Below, piece after piece: positions 36,401 to 45,600 of a DNA stretch of 64,000 nt. Made by a program: the position numbers and the translations under genes. The stretch covers positions 1-64,000 of the IMG/VR virus record IMGVR_UViG_2529292751_000006. One strand, given 5' to 3'. Numbering within the stretch: the first letter of the stretch is position 1; every line of letters starts with the position of its first letter. The notes under the pieces were generated by a model that worked only from the letters and a program-made list of their open reading frames with translations, was not told the DNA's origin and did not search any database. This DNA is from a virus (taxonomy: Duplodnaviria > Caudoviricetes).

Positions 36401-39053
36401 GTATAGAAACTGGTTGTTTCTTTTTGTTTTTACATCCACATCCTTCTTGTTCTTCAAAAGCATCTAACCAATCCCCAAAATCCTCTATTTCCATAATATT
36501 TGCTTTTGGATTATTAGTAGTCATTGCTTGTAATACCGTTTCTTCCGGTTCAAATAATATGCCATTTATAGTATAGCTAATGCTACGTATTGAAGATGAG
36601 GACTGAACACTTCCATAAAAGATAAGCTGATCATTTTCACATAACGTTATTGGATATTTATCTAAAACAATCGACATACCTTTTGCTTTATCCTGTTCAA
36701 CTGGCTTATCTTCTTCTGGCATATTATCACAAGTTACAACTTCAAATATGTATACATCAAATGCCATTCCTTTTTGATCATATATTCTCACTGAAACGGT
36801 TGTAGTTCCTTTAGGAAGCATAAGGGCTGGTATTGTAAATTCAAAATTGGACTCTGCTCCTGAAATGCTTTTGGTTTCTTTCTTCTTTGGTCCTATATAT
36901 AGTTCAGCTTTTGATAAACTATTATTACTTATTGCTTTGCATTTCAATATTAAATCTTTATCATCGCACCATTGAGTTGGTTTACTAAGAATACTAACCT
37001 TTAGATTTGATGGTTCAATAGTTTCAGTAATTGGATCATCGGGAGTTTCTTTATAGATAATGTCAGGAGCTATTGTATTAGCTTTCTTATAGCTTTTTTC
37101 ACTCTCGTAACTATTTGAAACAGTGCTTATGGTTTGTAGATTAAAATTATATCCTGTTAGTATAGGACTGGCTTGTAAAAATGAATTTGCTGATTGCGGA
37201 GCAGAAGCATAGTCTTTTAGCATAAATCCCTCTACTGTATAATCATTTGGTCTACGTCCTAGAACCTTTAGTCGTAAGCTGTAGACAGGATATTCTGATT
37301 CTAAATAAGCAGCTTTTTGATCTAATTTTTGTTTAGAACTTTCTACTGTTCTTACTGTATATATCTTTGGTGGTTGTTCATCAGAAAGTACTTGATTCTG
37401 CAACGGTGTTATAGGATGCCATGTGGTACCATCATCAATAGATATAAAATACTTTAACCATTCATAAGATAGTTCAGGATTCTCAGAGAACATTTGTGGG
37501 ATATTCTGATTTACGTTTAAAGATATCTTATCTAGCGCCTTATCAAAGAAAAACGGGAATGTAACTAATTCTCCTTCTTCTTCATATTCACATGACCATA
37601 TCTCTATATCTCTAATTCCTATGCACCATCTGAAGCCTTCAAATTTTTCTACACCCATATCTATTGTATCTAAGTCAATACTATTCATAAGGCGATTTAT
37701 TGTTTCGCCAATACTTGTAGCTTTAATATTCGTTTCACCCAATAGAGGATAGTTCGCTTCTACACTACTCTCATTTACTCTTACTTCAATACCTAAATCT
37801 TCAAGAGAAATCAATGGGCCTTCTACACGAGGTGCATATGTATATTTTTTAGTAGCCATATCCATTGCATATTCAGACTTATCTTCTGATTGTGTTTTCT
37901 TCTCATAAAAGATATGACCGATATCTGTAATGTATTTATGAGGTTGTTCAAATAAAATAGATATTACTTTTGCTTTTACTGGCGCAAAATGAAACTGATA
38001 TTGATTATCCTTTTTATTTTTAGGTAGAACTGACTTCGGTTGATTCTTACCATCAGACACTAAAATATTTTTAACAATAGCTGTCTTCGCTCCATAGTTT
38101 GAAGGAGTATACATATTCAAATTAATTTCATTAATAACTTTTTCTTCTTTTAATATAATCTGCATATGTAGTTTTAAGCTGCCGTTATCCGCATCCTCAG
38201 CCCATTGTATGGTTTGATTGCCGTGCACTTGGTAATTCCATCCTAAGTTCTTTGCCACACGCACCTTATCATGCTCTCGAACATTTACTTTTTCATATTC
38301 AAACCATGTATTAGGTGAACCATCTAAGACTGCTGAATAGTCACTGTGATTGTTTTCTTCTCCTAAGAAAGTAGGAATATAGTTCTTATTTGTTAGAATA
38401 TCATCCGTAACACTATGTATTTCTGTATTGTTACCTGGAAATCCATTTGATTCAGTGCCAATAATAAATTTATCTTGCTTACGATTACCAGCAATAATAG
38501 TAACGCTAGAATCTAGAGCGACATTTTCTCTACTCTTTTGAGGTAATGTTACAGCCCCATTCACTATTTCTAAGGGCTTTCCTACGATACGGCTATAGTC
38601 TATCTTCTCTTTATTTAAAAAGTCATCTCTGCCGAATTTAATATCATCTTCACTTTTCTCTGCATAGATTTCTAAATCTCTCATTTTATCAAAAATATTT
38701 TCATATTGATTATTAAGAATTTCATGCTGTACAGTATTGTGATTAAAATCTGTATATAATGACCGCCCTATGATATCCATCTCTTGAAACAATAGCTCAA
38801 GATCTTGTTTGATTTCCATCATCATTTGATTAAAATCTTCGCTCCAAGGAGGACCACCTTCTGGAGCAAAACGAGGCACCATATTTGGTTTCCCTACAGA
38901 AGTAAAGAATTCTTGAAATGAATTAAATACAGATGCAATGAGCTTTGGCTCTGACTGAATAGAGTTATCATCAAATTTTTGCTTTGCTCGTTCAAACAAT
39001 TGTCGAGCTTGCAGATATAGCATCTGAGAGTTATTTTTAATTGGCTTACTCAT
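33450..39053 (-). CDS. Very large structural/adhesin protein: family A module + Ig-like repeats + C-terminal vWA-like domain
   Basis: RBS AGGAGG before ATG 39053; SEDFNQMMMEIKQDL, VLDGSPNTWF; beta repeats ending in D/N-C; KIDIVLSI..DARVAII..KHAIVYT. Confidence 0.8.
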   Translation of the reverse strand: MSKPIKNNSQMLYLQARQLFERAKQKFDDNSIQSEPKLIASVFNSFQEFFTSVGKPNMVPRFAPEGGPPWSEDFNQMMMEIKQDLELLFQEMDIIGRSLYTDFNHNTVQHEILNNQYENIFDKMRDLEIYAEKSEDDIKFGRDDFLNKEKIDYSRIVGKPLEIVNGAVTLPQKSRENVALDSSVTIIAGNRKQDKFIIGTESNGFPGNNTEIHSVTDDILTNKNYIPTFLGEENNHSDYSAVLDGSPNTWFEYEKVNVREHDKVRVAKNLGWNYQVHGNQTIQWAEDADNGSLKLHMQIILKEEKVINEINLNMYTPSNYGAKTAIVKNILVSDGKNQPKSVLPKNKKDNQYQFHFAPVKAKVISILFEQPHKYITDIGHIFYEKKTQSEDKSEYAMDMATKKYTYAPRVEGPLISLEDLGIEVRVNESSVEANYPLLGETNIKATSIGETINRLMNSIDLDTIDMGVEKFEGFRWCIGIRDIEIWSCEYEEEGELVTFPFFFDKALDKISLNVNQNIPQMFSENPELSYEWLKYFISIDDGTTWHPITPLQNQVLSDEQPPKIYTVRTVESSKQKLDQKAAYLESEYPVYSLRLKVLGRRPNDYTVEGFMLKDYASAPQSANSFLQASPILTGYNFNLQTISTVSNSYESEKSYKKANTIAPDIIYKETPDDPITETIEPSNLKVSILSKPTQWCDDKDLILKCKAISNNSLSKAELYIGPKKKETKSISGAESNFEFTIPALMLPKGTTTVSVRIYDQKGMAFDVYIFEVVTCDNMPEEDKPVEQDKAKGMSIVLDKYPITLCENDQLIFYGSVQSSSSIRSISYTINGILFEPEETVLQAMTTNNPKANIMEIEDFGDWLDAFEEQEGCGCKNKKKQPVSIQEMPAISIMGISESSIYVKVPYQKLTDLGIKKGDSVTVSITAYDTQNLSINKSFSFVVEDCRRPDTNHEGKKRVRDCYKLEDITLYYYLYNDNGSHEIKMLHVPGSTLPLTFLDNGVGAKLAIGWSKQFSSPILMLAAGNDESKQAFQIHAISLLYSDYYDDPHVIWPVGIGKTHGQVSNIEKILVGDDKKDADWFPQTIQGDFSSAPSLGEKGSYVIPVFENDWIDHACDTMSDFNPDAFTYQPSGNIYSCNLVTHILVQYYNDATNKLEVRKISLSAYAYNYRFTTKNGEVVVKIGWEKFFKSPAIQIISGTGKDNILITALGVLYRDRTGVEQTRWSQGIQYKSAGVSYPEHSIGALKSVDNLLWLHNGTVDYSKAPYVGGKEDVIVYRLDEDFMKSICPSQNLIETGISSNGPEIQFKDAPKDLCGNKYLTQEESPNIKDSLFENLNIYIADTLGIKSFSCSLKINGKLIKDPEVITLQNKKEFSHSLSLDTTLLDPGDTISISVTATNESGISSTKELKLIAVNCKKETPVDVNIEGKSDNIKLDFLNIPYSLCANQGNIVENPLHTITVNIKSINNIVNVFSVVSVNGKEILNEVEKVNNQRYVTKIIPINTNLIGIHNVVVVKFGAIDENGEVKTDSFSFIGNDCTTGPLRFTNAYPISTSDDKKHARGKNCFGSSFINFYKYIMRDDFHKIKKLVVETEDYKKEYEFTGEKNIEEISPKIPMAKHKVVPRNPIEHAAANEIGKIDIVLSICAFEEMDGLYFHNIKQNVQILIRNLIDAKVDARVAIISTGLDPDGKPAFYQEFTPVNEINLSKVMSFERLKGLSKKEFKVEWDQFTDPNFGLFTFNNKYRHDAVKHAIVYTSLDMYPMSTRPANIIPTLKDNNIITSIQYWHNTHYPTNYNYVFYEIIKETGGLNFEASPEWAFDIWFKKGGAITRREIYIEDVFQLTKATVYNTNGDRVESNISVNYTDCRRPD

Positions 39054-39054
39054 G

Positions 39055-41520
39055 TTAAACCTCCTGATCGTATGATTGGCACTTAATACTGTAACTGTAT
39101 AAAGCTGGCGTAACTGATTCATCTTCCATGCTATTTCGACGCAGGATTGCTTTTAATCTAATGTCAGTTGTCACATAGTAATAATCAACAGTAATACTTT
39201 CAATTTTTGCTCCATCAATAGGTTTACCGAAAACTATTGTTTTCCCTATTTGTGCAAATGTTTTCCCTTCGTTTTCAGTGAGTCTTTCCGTGTCATATGT
39301 GTTTGTAGCATGGTTTGTTATGTTTTTAAATTCTTCGCCATTCACACGAACAATTATAGGAAACTCAGGTGTTTTATTTTCATTTTGATTATAATGATTT
39401 TCCTTTTCGTTATATTTAAAAAGGGAATTTCTAAATAAATAAGGACTATGCTTCAGCTCAATTGCATTATTGAAATCCGCTGACTCAAAACTTTCTCCTG
39501 TATCTCCATTTACATCTATATACTGAGTGGGTGTAATGTTATTTTCATAATCTAATACAACTACATACGCTTCATCTACTGGCTTATAATCGACAGTATA
39601 AATACTAGATGCAGAGTAATACTTACTAAAGATTCCTATCTTCTTCCCATCGTTTGAAATAATGTATGTCTGCGGATCCATGGGTACGCCATTTCTTCTT
39701 AACACAACTGTTTTATTTGATACGATTGGAAATCTAAAACTATATTGAATCAAAGAGTGTCCCTTAAATTCAGGATAATCTCCTTGTATCATATCTCCAG
39801 ACAACAATTCGCCATATACGTACTTTTTATCATTTGGCAAAATAGGAATCCAATCCGATGCATTAGGATTTTTCTTGTACGTTATATAGTATTCTATATC
39901 TGTAATTTGAGCTGTATTTATGCTCCCAAGCTCTTTTGTAATTGGATCAGCTACCGCATTATCTATTTCAATATGATGATGCTTTTCAACCGTGCTTAAT
40001 CCTATCTTATTTGCGTTACTAGATAAGGGAAGTGGTTCAGTTACCATTATTGAATGGTTTTTATACTTACGCCCAAAGATAGATATATTGTATGCACCAT
40101 ATAGATATGAAATCTTATTAACTGCTTTCCAACTCTTCTTTAATTCCTCATCATTATTAATAGCATTATCTTTATCTTTGGATAATGCTTGCAACTTCAA
40201 GAGCATTGGATTTTTATAATCACCCATACGTATAGTTTCCATTGCACGTTTAGCACTTTCTAGAATGCCACTTTCATTGACACTAAGAGCCCATTCTTTT
40301 AATTTTTCTAAATAAACGGACCATCCAGTAATCTCGTTCTTTTTATCAAATTCCGCAATGGTTTCATTAGGATTTTTATAGTCAGGTATCAATTGTTCTG
40401 AAGATGATAATTTTCTCCATAGCTGCATGTTTTGTGCTTCATCTTTGTTAACGATAAAATTCTCACTTACATAGTTTTCTTGTCGTAGTAATATTTTAAT
40501 TTTGGATACATCAACAGATGGAAACTGAAATGTCATAAGATTTACTGACTTTTTGTTTCGCTGCATAGGGTTGATATGATTCGGAGAAATTAACTCATAC
40601 ATTTTTCCGTTCATATCTTCTGTTTCATAACCATAGATGCTGACAATCTCTAATGGATATGCGCAAAATGGTTCAAAGTGAATATCTGAAACAGTAGTAA
40701 CGCCATTCAAAGTTATCTCTAACTCACATATAGCTCCATCCTTGGGAATCTCTTCATAGTCATTTTTCCATAAGTCATTGATATTCTGTTTAATCGGTTG
40801 ATCCACCAAAATACTTTCTGCCCAATAAGTATTTAGTGAGCCATCTATTGCTTGGTCAATTGTATGATTAGGATTTTCACTAGGATACCCTGTTCTATTC
40901 AGTACGTTTATATGAGCAAGTTTACGACCATAATTTGTTCTTAACTGGTCAATGGTTTCTACTCCAGCTAATTGCAAAGCATCACCAACATTTTCAGCAA
41001 TAAATGTAGAGTCTAAATATTTATCAAAACGATCTTTTCTTAAACTTTGTAATACTGTTTCATTGGTTTCTATATATTCAGGTGCCTTAAATTGCTCATG
41101 GATTCCATCAACAAAGCCATCCGTATTTTTCATAATTAATTTATAGCGATTTACTTTTGTCTGCAATGCATAGACATTTTTTCGAATGCTTGCTAATAGT
41201 GACTTAGATAGCAGTTTATTATCAGCAATAAGTCGATCAATGGTTGAAGAAGCTTCAAACAATGTAGCTAAGTCAAATGCGATTTCTTCCATATTTGCAT
41301 TGTATGCTTTGGAATTTGTTTGCTTAGACTGAGTCCTTGCCTTGAAAGTAGGACCATTGCTTTTACCATCAAGTTCTGATAATAACTTTTCAAGTTCCGC
41401 TTGCAACTCATAATTTGTTTTGATTTTTCCTTCTTTTTGTTGAAGCTCTAATAGCTCAATTAGTTTTTTTCGTTGAGTAGTAGGCATAGTAATTAAAAAA
41501 TCATCTAGAAACTTACTCAT
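39055..41520 (-). CDS. Putative virion structural protein, paralog family A
   Basis: GPTFK..NSKAYNANMEEIAFDL, AIDGSLNTYW, ends TPALYSYSI. Confidence 0.8.
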   Translation of the reverse strand: MSKFLDDFLITMPTTQRKKLIELLELQQKEGKIKTNYELQAELEKLLSELDGKSNGPTFKARTQSKQTNSKAYNANMEEIAFDLATLFEASSTIDRLIADNKLLSKSLLASIRKNVYALQTKVNRYKLIMKNTDGFVDGIHEQFKAPEYIETNETVLQSLRKDRFDKYLDSTFIAENVGDALQLAGVETIDQLRTNYGRKLAHINVLNRTGYPSENPNHTIDQAIDGSLNTYWAESILVDQPIKQNINDLWKNDYEEIPKDGAICELEITLNGVTTVSDIHFEPFCAYPLEIVSIYGYETEDMNGKMYELISPNHINPMQRNKKSVNLMTFQFPSVDVSKIKILLRQENYVSENFIVNKDEAQNMQLWRKLSSSEQLIPDYKNPNETIAEFDKKNEITGWSVYLEKLKEWALSVNESGILESAKRAMETIRMGDYKNPMLLKLQALSKDKDNAINNDEELKKSWKAVNKISYLYGAYNISIFGRKYKNHSIMVTEPLPLSSNANKIGLSTVEKHHHIEIDNAVADPITKELGSINTAQITDIEYYITYKKNPNASDWIPILPNDKKYVYGELLSGDMIQGDYPEFKGHSLIQYSFRFPIVSNKTVVLRRNGVPMDPQTYIISNDGKKIGIFSKYYSASSIYTVDYKPVDEAYVVVLDYENNITPTQYIDVNGDTGESFESADFNNAIELKHSPYLFRNSLFKYNEKENHYNQNENKTPEFPIIVRVNGEEFKNITNHATNTYDTERLTENEGKTFAQIGKTIVFGKPIDGAKIESITVDYYYVTTDIRLKAILRRNSMEDESVTPALYSYSIKCQSYDQEV

Positions 41521-41555
41521 ATACTACATCCCTTCTTTAGTTTATAAAGTAAACA

Positions 41556-41573
41556 AGACAGCCGCAGCTGTCT
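41556..41573 (-). terminator. Possible terminator hairpin
   Basis: AGACAGC-4nt-GCTGTCT at a gene end; moderately U-rich tail. Confidence 0.5.
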
Positions 41574-42639
41574 ATTTACTCACAATACCTTGTTTCCCAT
41601 CAAATGGAACATAGGCTTTTTTTGTTTCGTCCCATTTCTCTACGACAAAGTGACTTAAATAAGGATGATCAGCATAAGAAAAAGTAACATTAGCCATTCC
41701 ATCTTTTACTTGTACTTGTAGCCCCTTAGGAGTAATGCCCTCCTTAACTACATCTTGATGATTTCTCATAATAGAGAAGTCTGCTGTCCAGTTGGCGCCT
41801 TTCATTGACTGCATATCTTCTTGTACAGACTTTACGCTGTCCTCTAAATCAAATAAGATTTGCGTGATCTTACTATTTTTTTGAACCATTTGCTGTAAGA
41901 AGATATATAAGAAGTCTTCAGGTATATCTTTGAATTGCATTTTGACAGGAAAGTACAATACCCAGTCTGTATGAGCTACTGCACTTAAAGATACAACCCC
42001 TTTTTCTGTAATTGTACCTGTAACAAAACGGTTGTATTCATCACGGGCTGGCATTCCACTTGAAGTCAGTACACTAACATCGCCATCAATAAATTTTATA
42101 CCATTTGGTTGGATCACAGTGAAGCTCTCAGCTTCTATATCTACATTATATTTATGTGGAACAAATAACTCTTTATTAATTCTCTCCACATTAGCAAGTG
42201 CCATTTCTTGAAGTTGTCTTAATCTATAATCTAACTTTAACCCCTCTTCAACATTTACATCCACAGAGGCTACAGCATTATTTAACTCCTCAAAGAGCAC
42301 TCCTTTTGTTAACTCACCACCACCGCTATTTCCACTGTTATTCCCAGTGTTTGAAGCGATTTTAGAAACCTCATCTTTCAATTGTCTTAATGTATCTTCT
42401 AATCGCTTGCCTCGGCCAGCAGTACTCTCGAAACAAGCTGTTGATATTTCAGTTAGTGCTTCATCTGCACGAACAAGAGCAGTTAAGGCATTATTAGATG
42501 TGGTATCAAACTTTGATGATAGGTTTAAGATTTTATATTTTTCTCGCTCCCAATCACTCAGACTTTGATTCATCTCACCGATTTTTTCCTCCAGCAAGTT
42601 CACAAATGCGATTAAATCTTTGGAATTATGTATAGGCAT
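41572..42639 (-). CDS. Coiled-coil-rich putative structural protein
   Basis: 355-aa ORF with heptads; RBS AAGGGAGG. Confidence 0.75.
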   Translation of the reverse strand: MPIHNSKDLIAFVNLLEEKIGEMNQSLSDWEREKYKILNLSSKFDTTSNNALTALVRADEALTEISTACFESTAGRGKRLEDTLRQLKDEVSKIASNTGNNSGNSGGGELTKGVLFEELNNAVASVDVNVEEGLKLDYRLRQLQEMALANVERINKELFVPHKYNVDIEAESFTVIQPNGIKFIDGDVSVLTSSGMPARDEYNRFVTGTITEKGVVSLSAVAHTDWVLYFPVKMQFKDIPEDFLYIFLQQMVQKNSKITQILFDLEDSVKSVQEDMQSMKGANWTADFSIMRNHQDVVKEGITPKGLQVQVKDGMANVTFSYADHPYLSHFVVEKWDETKKAYVPFDGKQGIVSK

Positions 42640-42669
42640 TTCTAATACCTCCCTTTCATTATCTTATCA

Positions 42670-42683
42670 TGAAATGCATTACA
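42670..42683. promoter_or_regulatory. Palindromic operator copy 8
   Basis: TGAAATGCATTACA in a 51-bp intergenic gap. Confidence 0.62.
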
Positions 42684-42690
42684 TCCACTA

Positions 42691-45600
42691 CTAAATTTCA
42701 TGAATTTCTGTTGTATCTTCTAATAGCGATGGCGATACATTCAATTTCACATAATCGATTAGAATAGATCCTTTTCTTACATCTTTCGATTTATTTAATA
42801 TAATACTCATTTTGTGCACATTGGCTTGCAATTTTATAGGCTGCTTATAAACCATCCATTGAGATTGGTTTATTGGTACCAATGGAATTTCTTCCTTTTT
42901 ACCATTATCATATATTATTTCTATTCTGCCCAAGCTACGTTTTGTGGCTGTTTGCTCTTTGATTGCTTTTATCTCTAAACCATATTGTTTTGAAGATATT
43001 AAATGCCCAGGCAAAGTAATACCATATTCAGCTTCATTACTTATTCGTAATGCATAGTTATCGCCAGTCCCTAAGAATGTATTAATAACCTCATAGTCAC
43101 CTTTACTTATAGAACTGTCATAATAACCAATATGTTGATTATATAGAAACTCATGATTCGGAAGGATATTAAAGTTATCTTCCTGCTCACTTTCGTTATA
43201 AAATTCAATTATAGGAAGTGTTCCATATGATTTATGCTTTGCAACAGCTTGTTGTATTTCAGACTCACTAAATCCGTTTGGATTATCGTTTGACCTTAAA
43301 ATGCTTCTTGGTAGTCTGATAATGATAACTCCATTCTCCTGATAAGCTTCTCCATCAAAGTACCCAATATCCCAATGATATAATGATTCTTTATTTACTT
43401 GCTTAATAATTTCTCTTGATAAGGACTCGTCTAGTCCCCCACCTTTTGTTCTTGTATCAAGAATGGTTATGTTATCTTTTGATGTACTATTAGACTGTAG
43501 CATTACTTTTCCTAATCGAAGTAAAGTCGGGTTATATTTCTGGTCTTTTGGATTAAACCAAAACTCTTCATCTGTATGGAAAAGGACCTTTTTTCGGACG
43601 GATCCCGCTACAAGTTTACCATGCAAGCTAGGGTTAGCTAAGTCAACTAATCTAACTGCAGAAGGGCATATATACACATGAATTTGTTTTACTAGCAATT
43701 CAAGATTGCTAGTGCCTTCTTTCTTTACTTTAAATGGTTCTGTATCGCTTTCGATAGGAATCCATCGATGGAAACCATTTTCAGCTACTGCGTGACGATG
43801 GCCTGGTGTTGGATTTAAATCTAAATGGAAAAATGATTCATTCTTTTCAAAGCCCCGATATGTATACCATTCTTCTTTGTATGCATATTTTATATATACT
43901 TCATCTTGCTCCCCTATACGATCTAATAAATAAACAATTCCCTTCACTGCATCTACATCAGCTACTCGGAGATTCCGCTTATTATTCCCTCTAATTGAAT
44001 AGACTTCTAAATAACTAGTATTTTTTGGTGAGCTTAATATTATAGGAGCATATCTTGTTTGTATAGAATACTCATTTAATATCATAGGCTTTTCTTTATC
44101 CGTTAGCATAGTAGCGTTATTATAGAATTCCTGATTCGTATATTCTGGAAGGCTGAATTCTAAATCAACTTCCACGATATCATTTGGCGATTTAACCATT
44201 CCTAGTAACTGTGGATACGCAACGTATATTTCAGGTGGCTTTTCTAATGAATTTAGCTCATGATATGGCAAACGCAATCGTTTTAAAAACCTCCCACTTT
44301 TGATTCGAACATACCAATTCTCTTTCTCTATATTTTGCTGTTCAATTCTAGGCTTTTCAATTTCGATTTTCCTTTGCTCTTCTACTTTAATAGCAAATAA
44401 AGGGACTGCTGATAATTGTTGAAAAGTAGTCCACGCTACTACATCAACATGAATGGAAGGATTTATTTCACCTTTATCAGTTAATACGCTCTTTAATCGA
44501 AGGCGATTAACACCTATTTGATCTTGAAATTGATCCACCGGTAATCGAATAAATCCATTCTTAGTACATCTAAACCTGTAGTTAACTCGGTACTCTGCAT
44601 TCTCTACGGAAGCAGTTCCATCAGCGGATATACCGTTTACTTTTCCACGTTCAATTCGCAAACAGATTTCATCTAATGGTATATCCTTGGGTATCTCAAG
44701 GAATTGATAAACTCCTATATCACCAAATATCTCTATAATACTTTTAAGACCATCTGATTTTAATATTTCATTATCCTCTAACGTATAGGGTTTCCCTATT
44801 ACTCGTATCGGAGGAACTGTTGGAATAACCTTTAGTCTGTTTGGCTGCTCTAATTGAATAGAAACATTCTCTCCAGTTAATAGAACTGGTTCATTCCATA
44901 CGAAGTCTTTTACTGTCGATGGTATCTGCTCAGTAGGAAGAACACTTGGAACAGTGGAAATAGTATAGTGCCCATCTGCATGATATTCTATAAAGCCTGT
45001 TCCTTTTATTGTTAGGCCATTTTGTTTAGTTGTCCACTTGGACCTGACTATATTTCCGGTAATAGGATCATTAGAACGTCCATACACAAAGTGTGTTCTA
45101 GGGTCTATGCTAATAGTAAATTCGCCATCTGATTTTCCGTAATATGTGAAGACCTCATAGGTTGCCTCACCTAATTGTTTAGCCTTACTTTTAATTGATG
45201 CAGCCATCAAGTCTTCCACAGCATAATTAGAAAGTTTTTTATCTTTCGTATCTGTTAATAAGATATCTTTTTTCTCTGTACAAATCGTATCCACAATTAC
45301 GTCAGCCATTTTGAAATCATACCATAATGTATTTCTCTGAGAAGCAGAAAAAATACCATATGAGCCTTTTTGATGCGTGTTATCTTTTGCTTGGCAAACT
45401 AATTGTCCCAGTTCGTCTGATTCAGGATTATCAGAAATAAAAATACGGAACCAGTCACCAGTTACAACTACTGTTAATTTATAATCCTTTCCATGCTCCC
45501 AGCCTTTACTAGCATACGATTCAGCGGTATTTGTTATATCCTTAAATGAACAGTTGGTTTTATCTGTAGGATACCTACTTCCACTATTCCATGAATCTTG

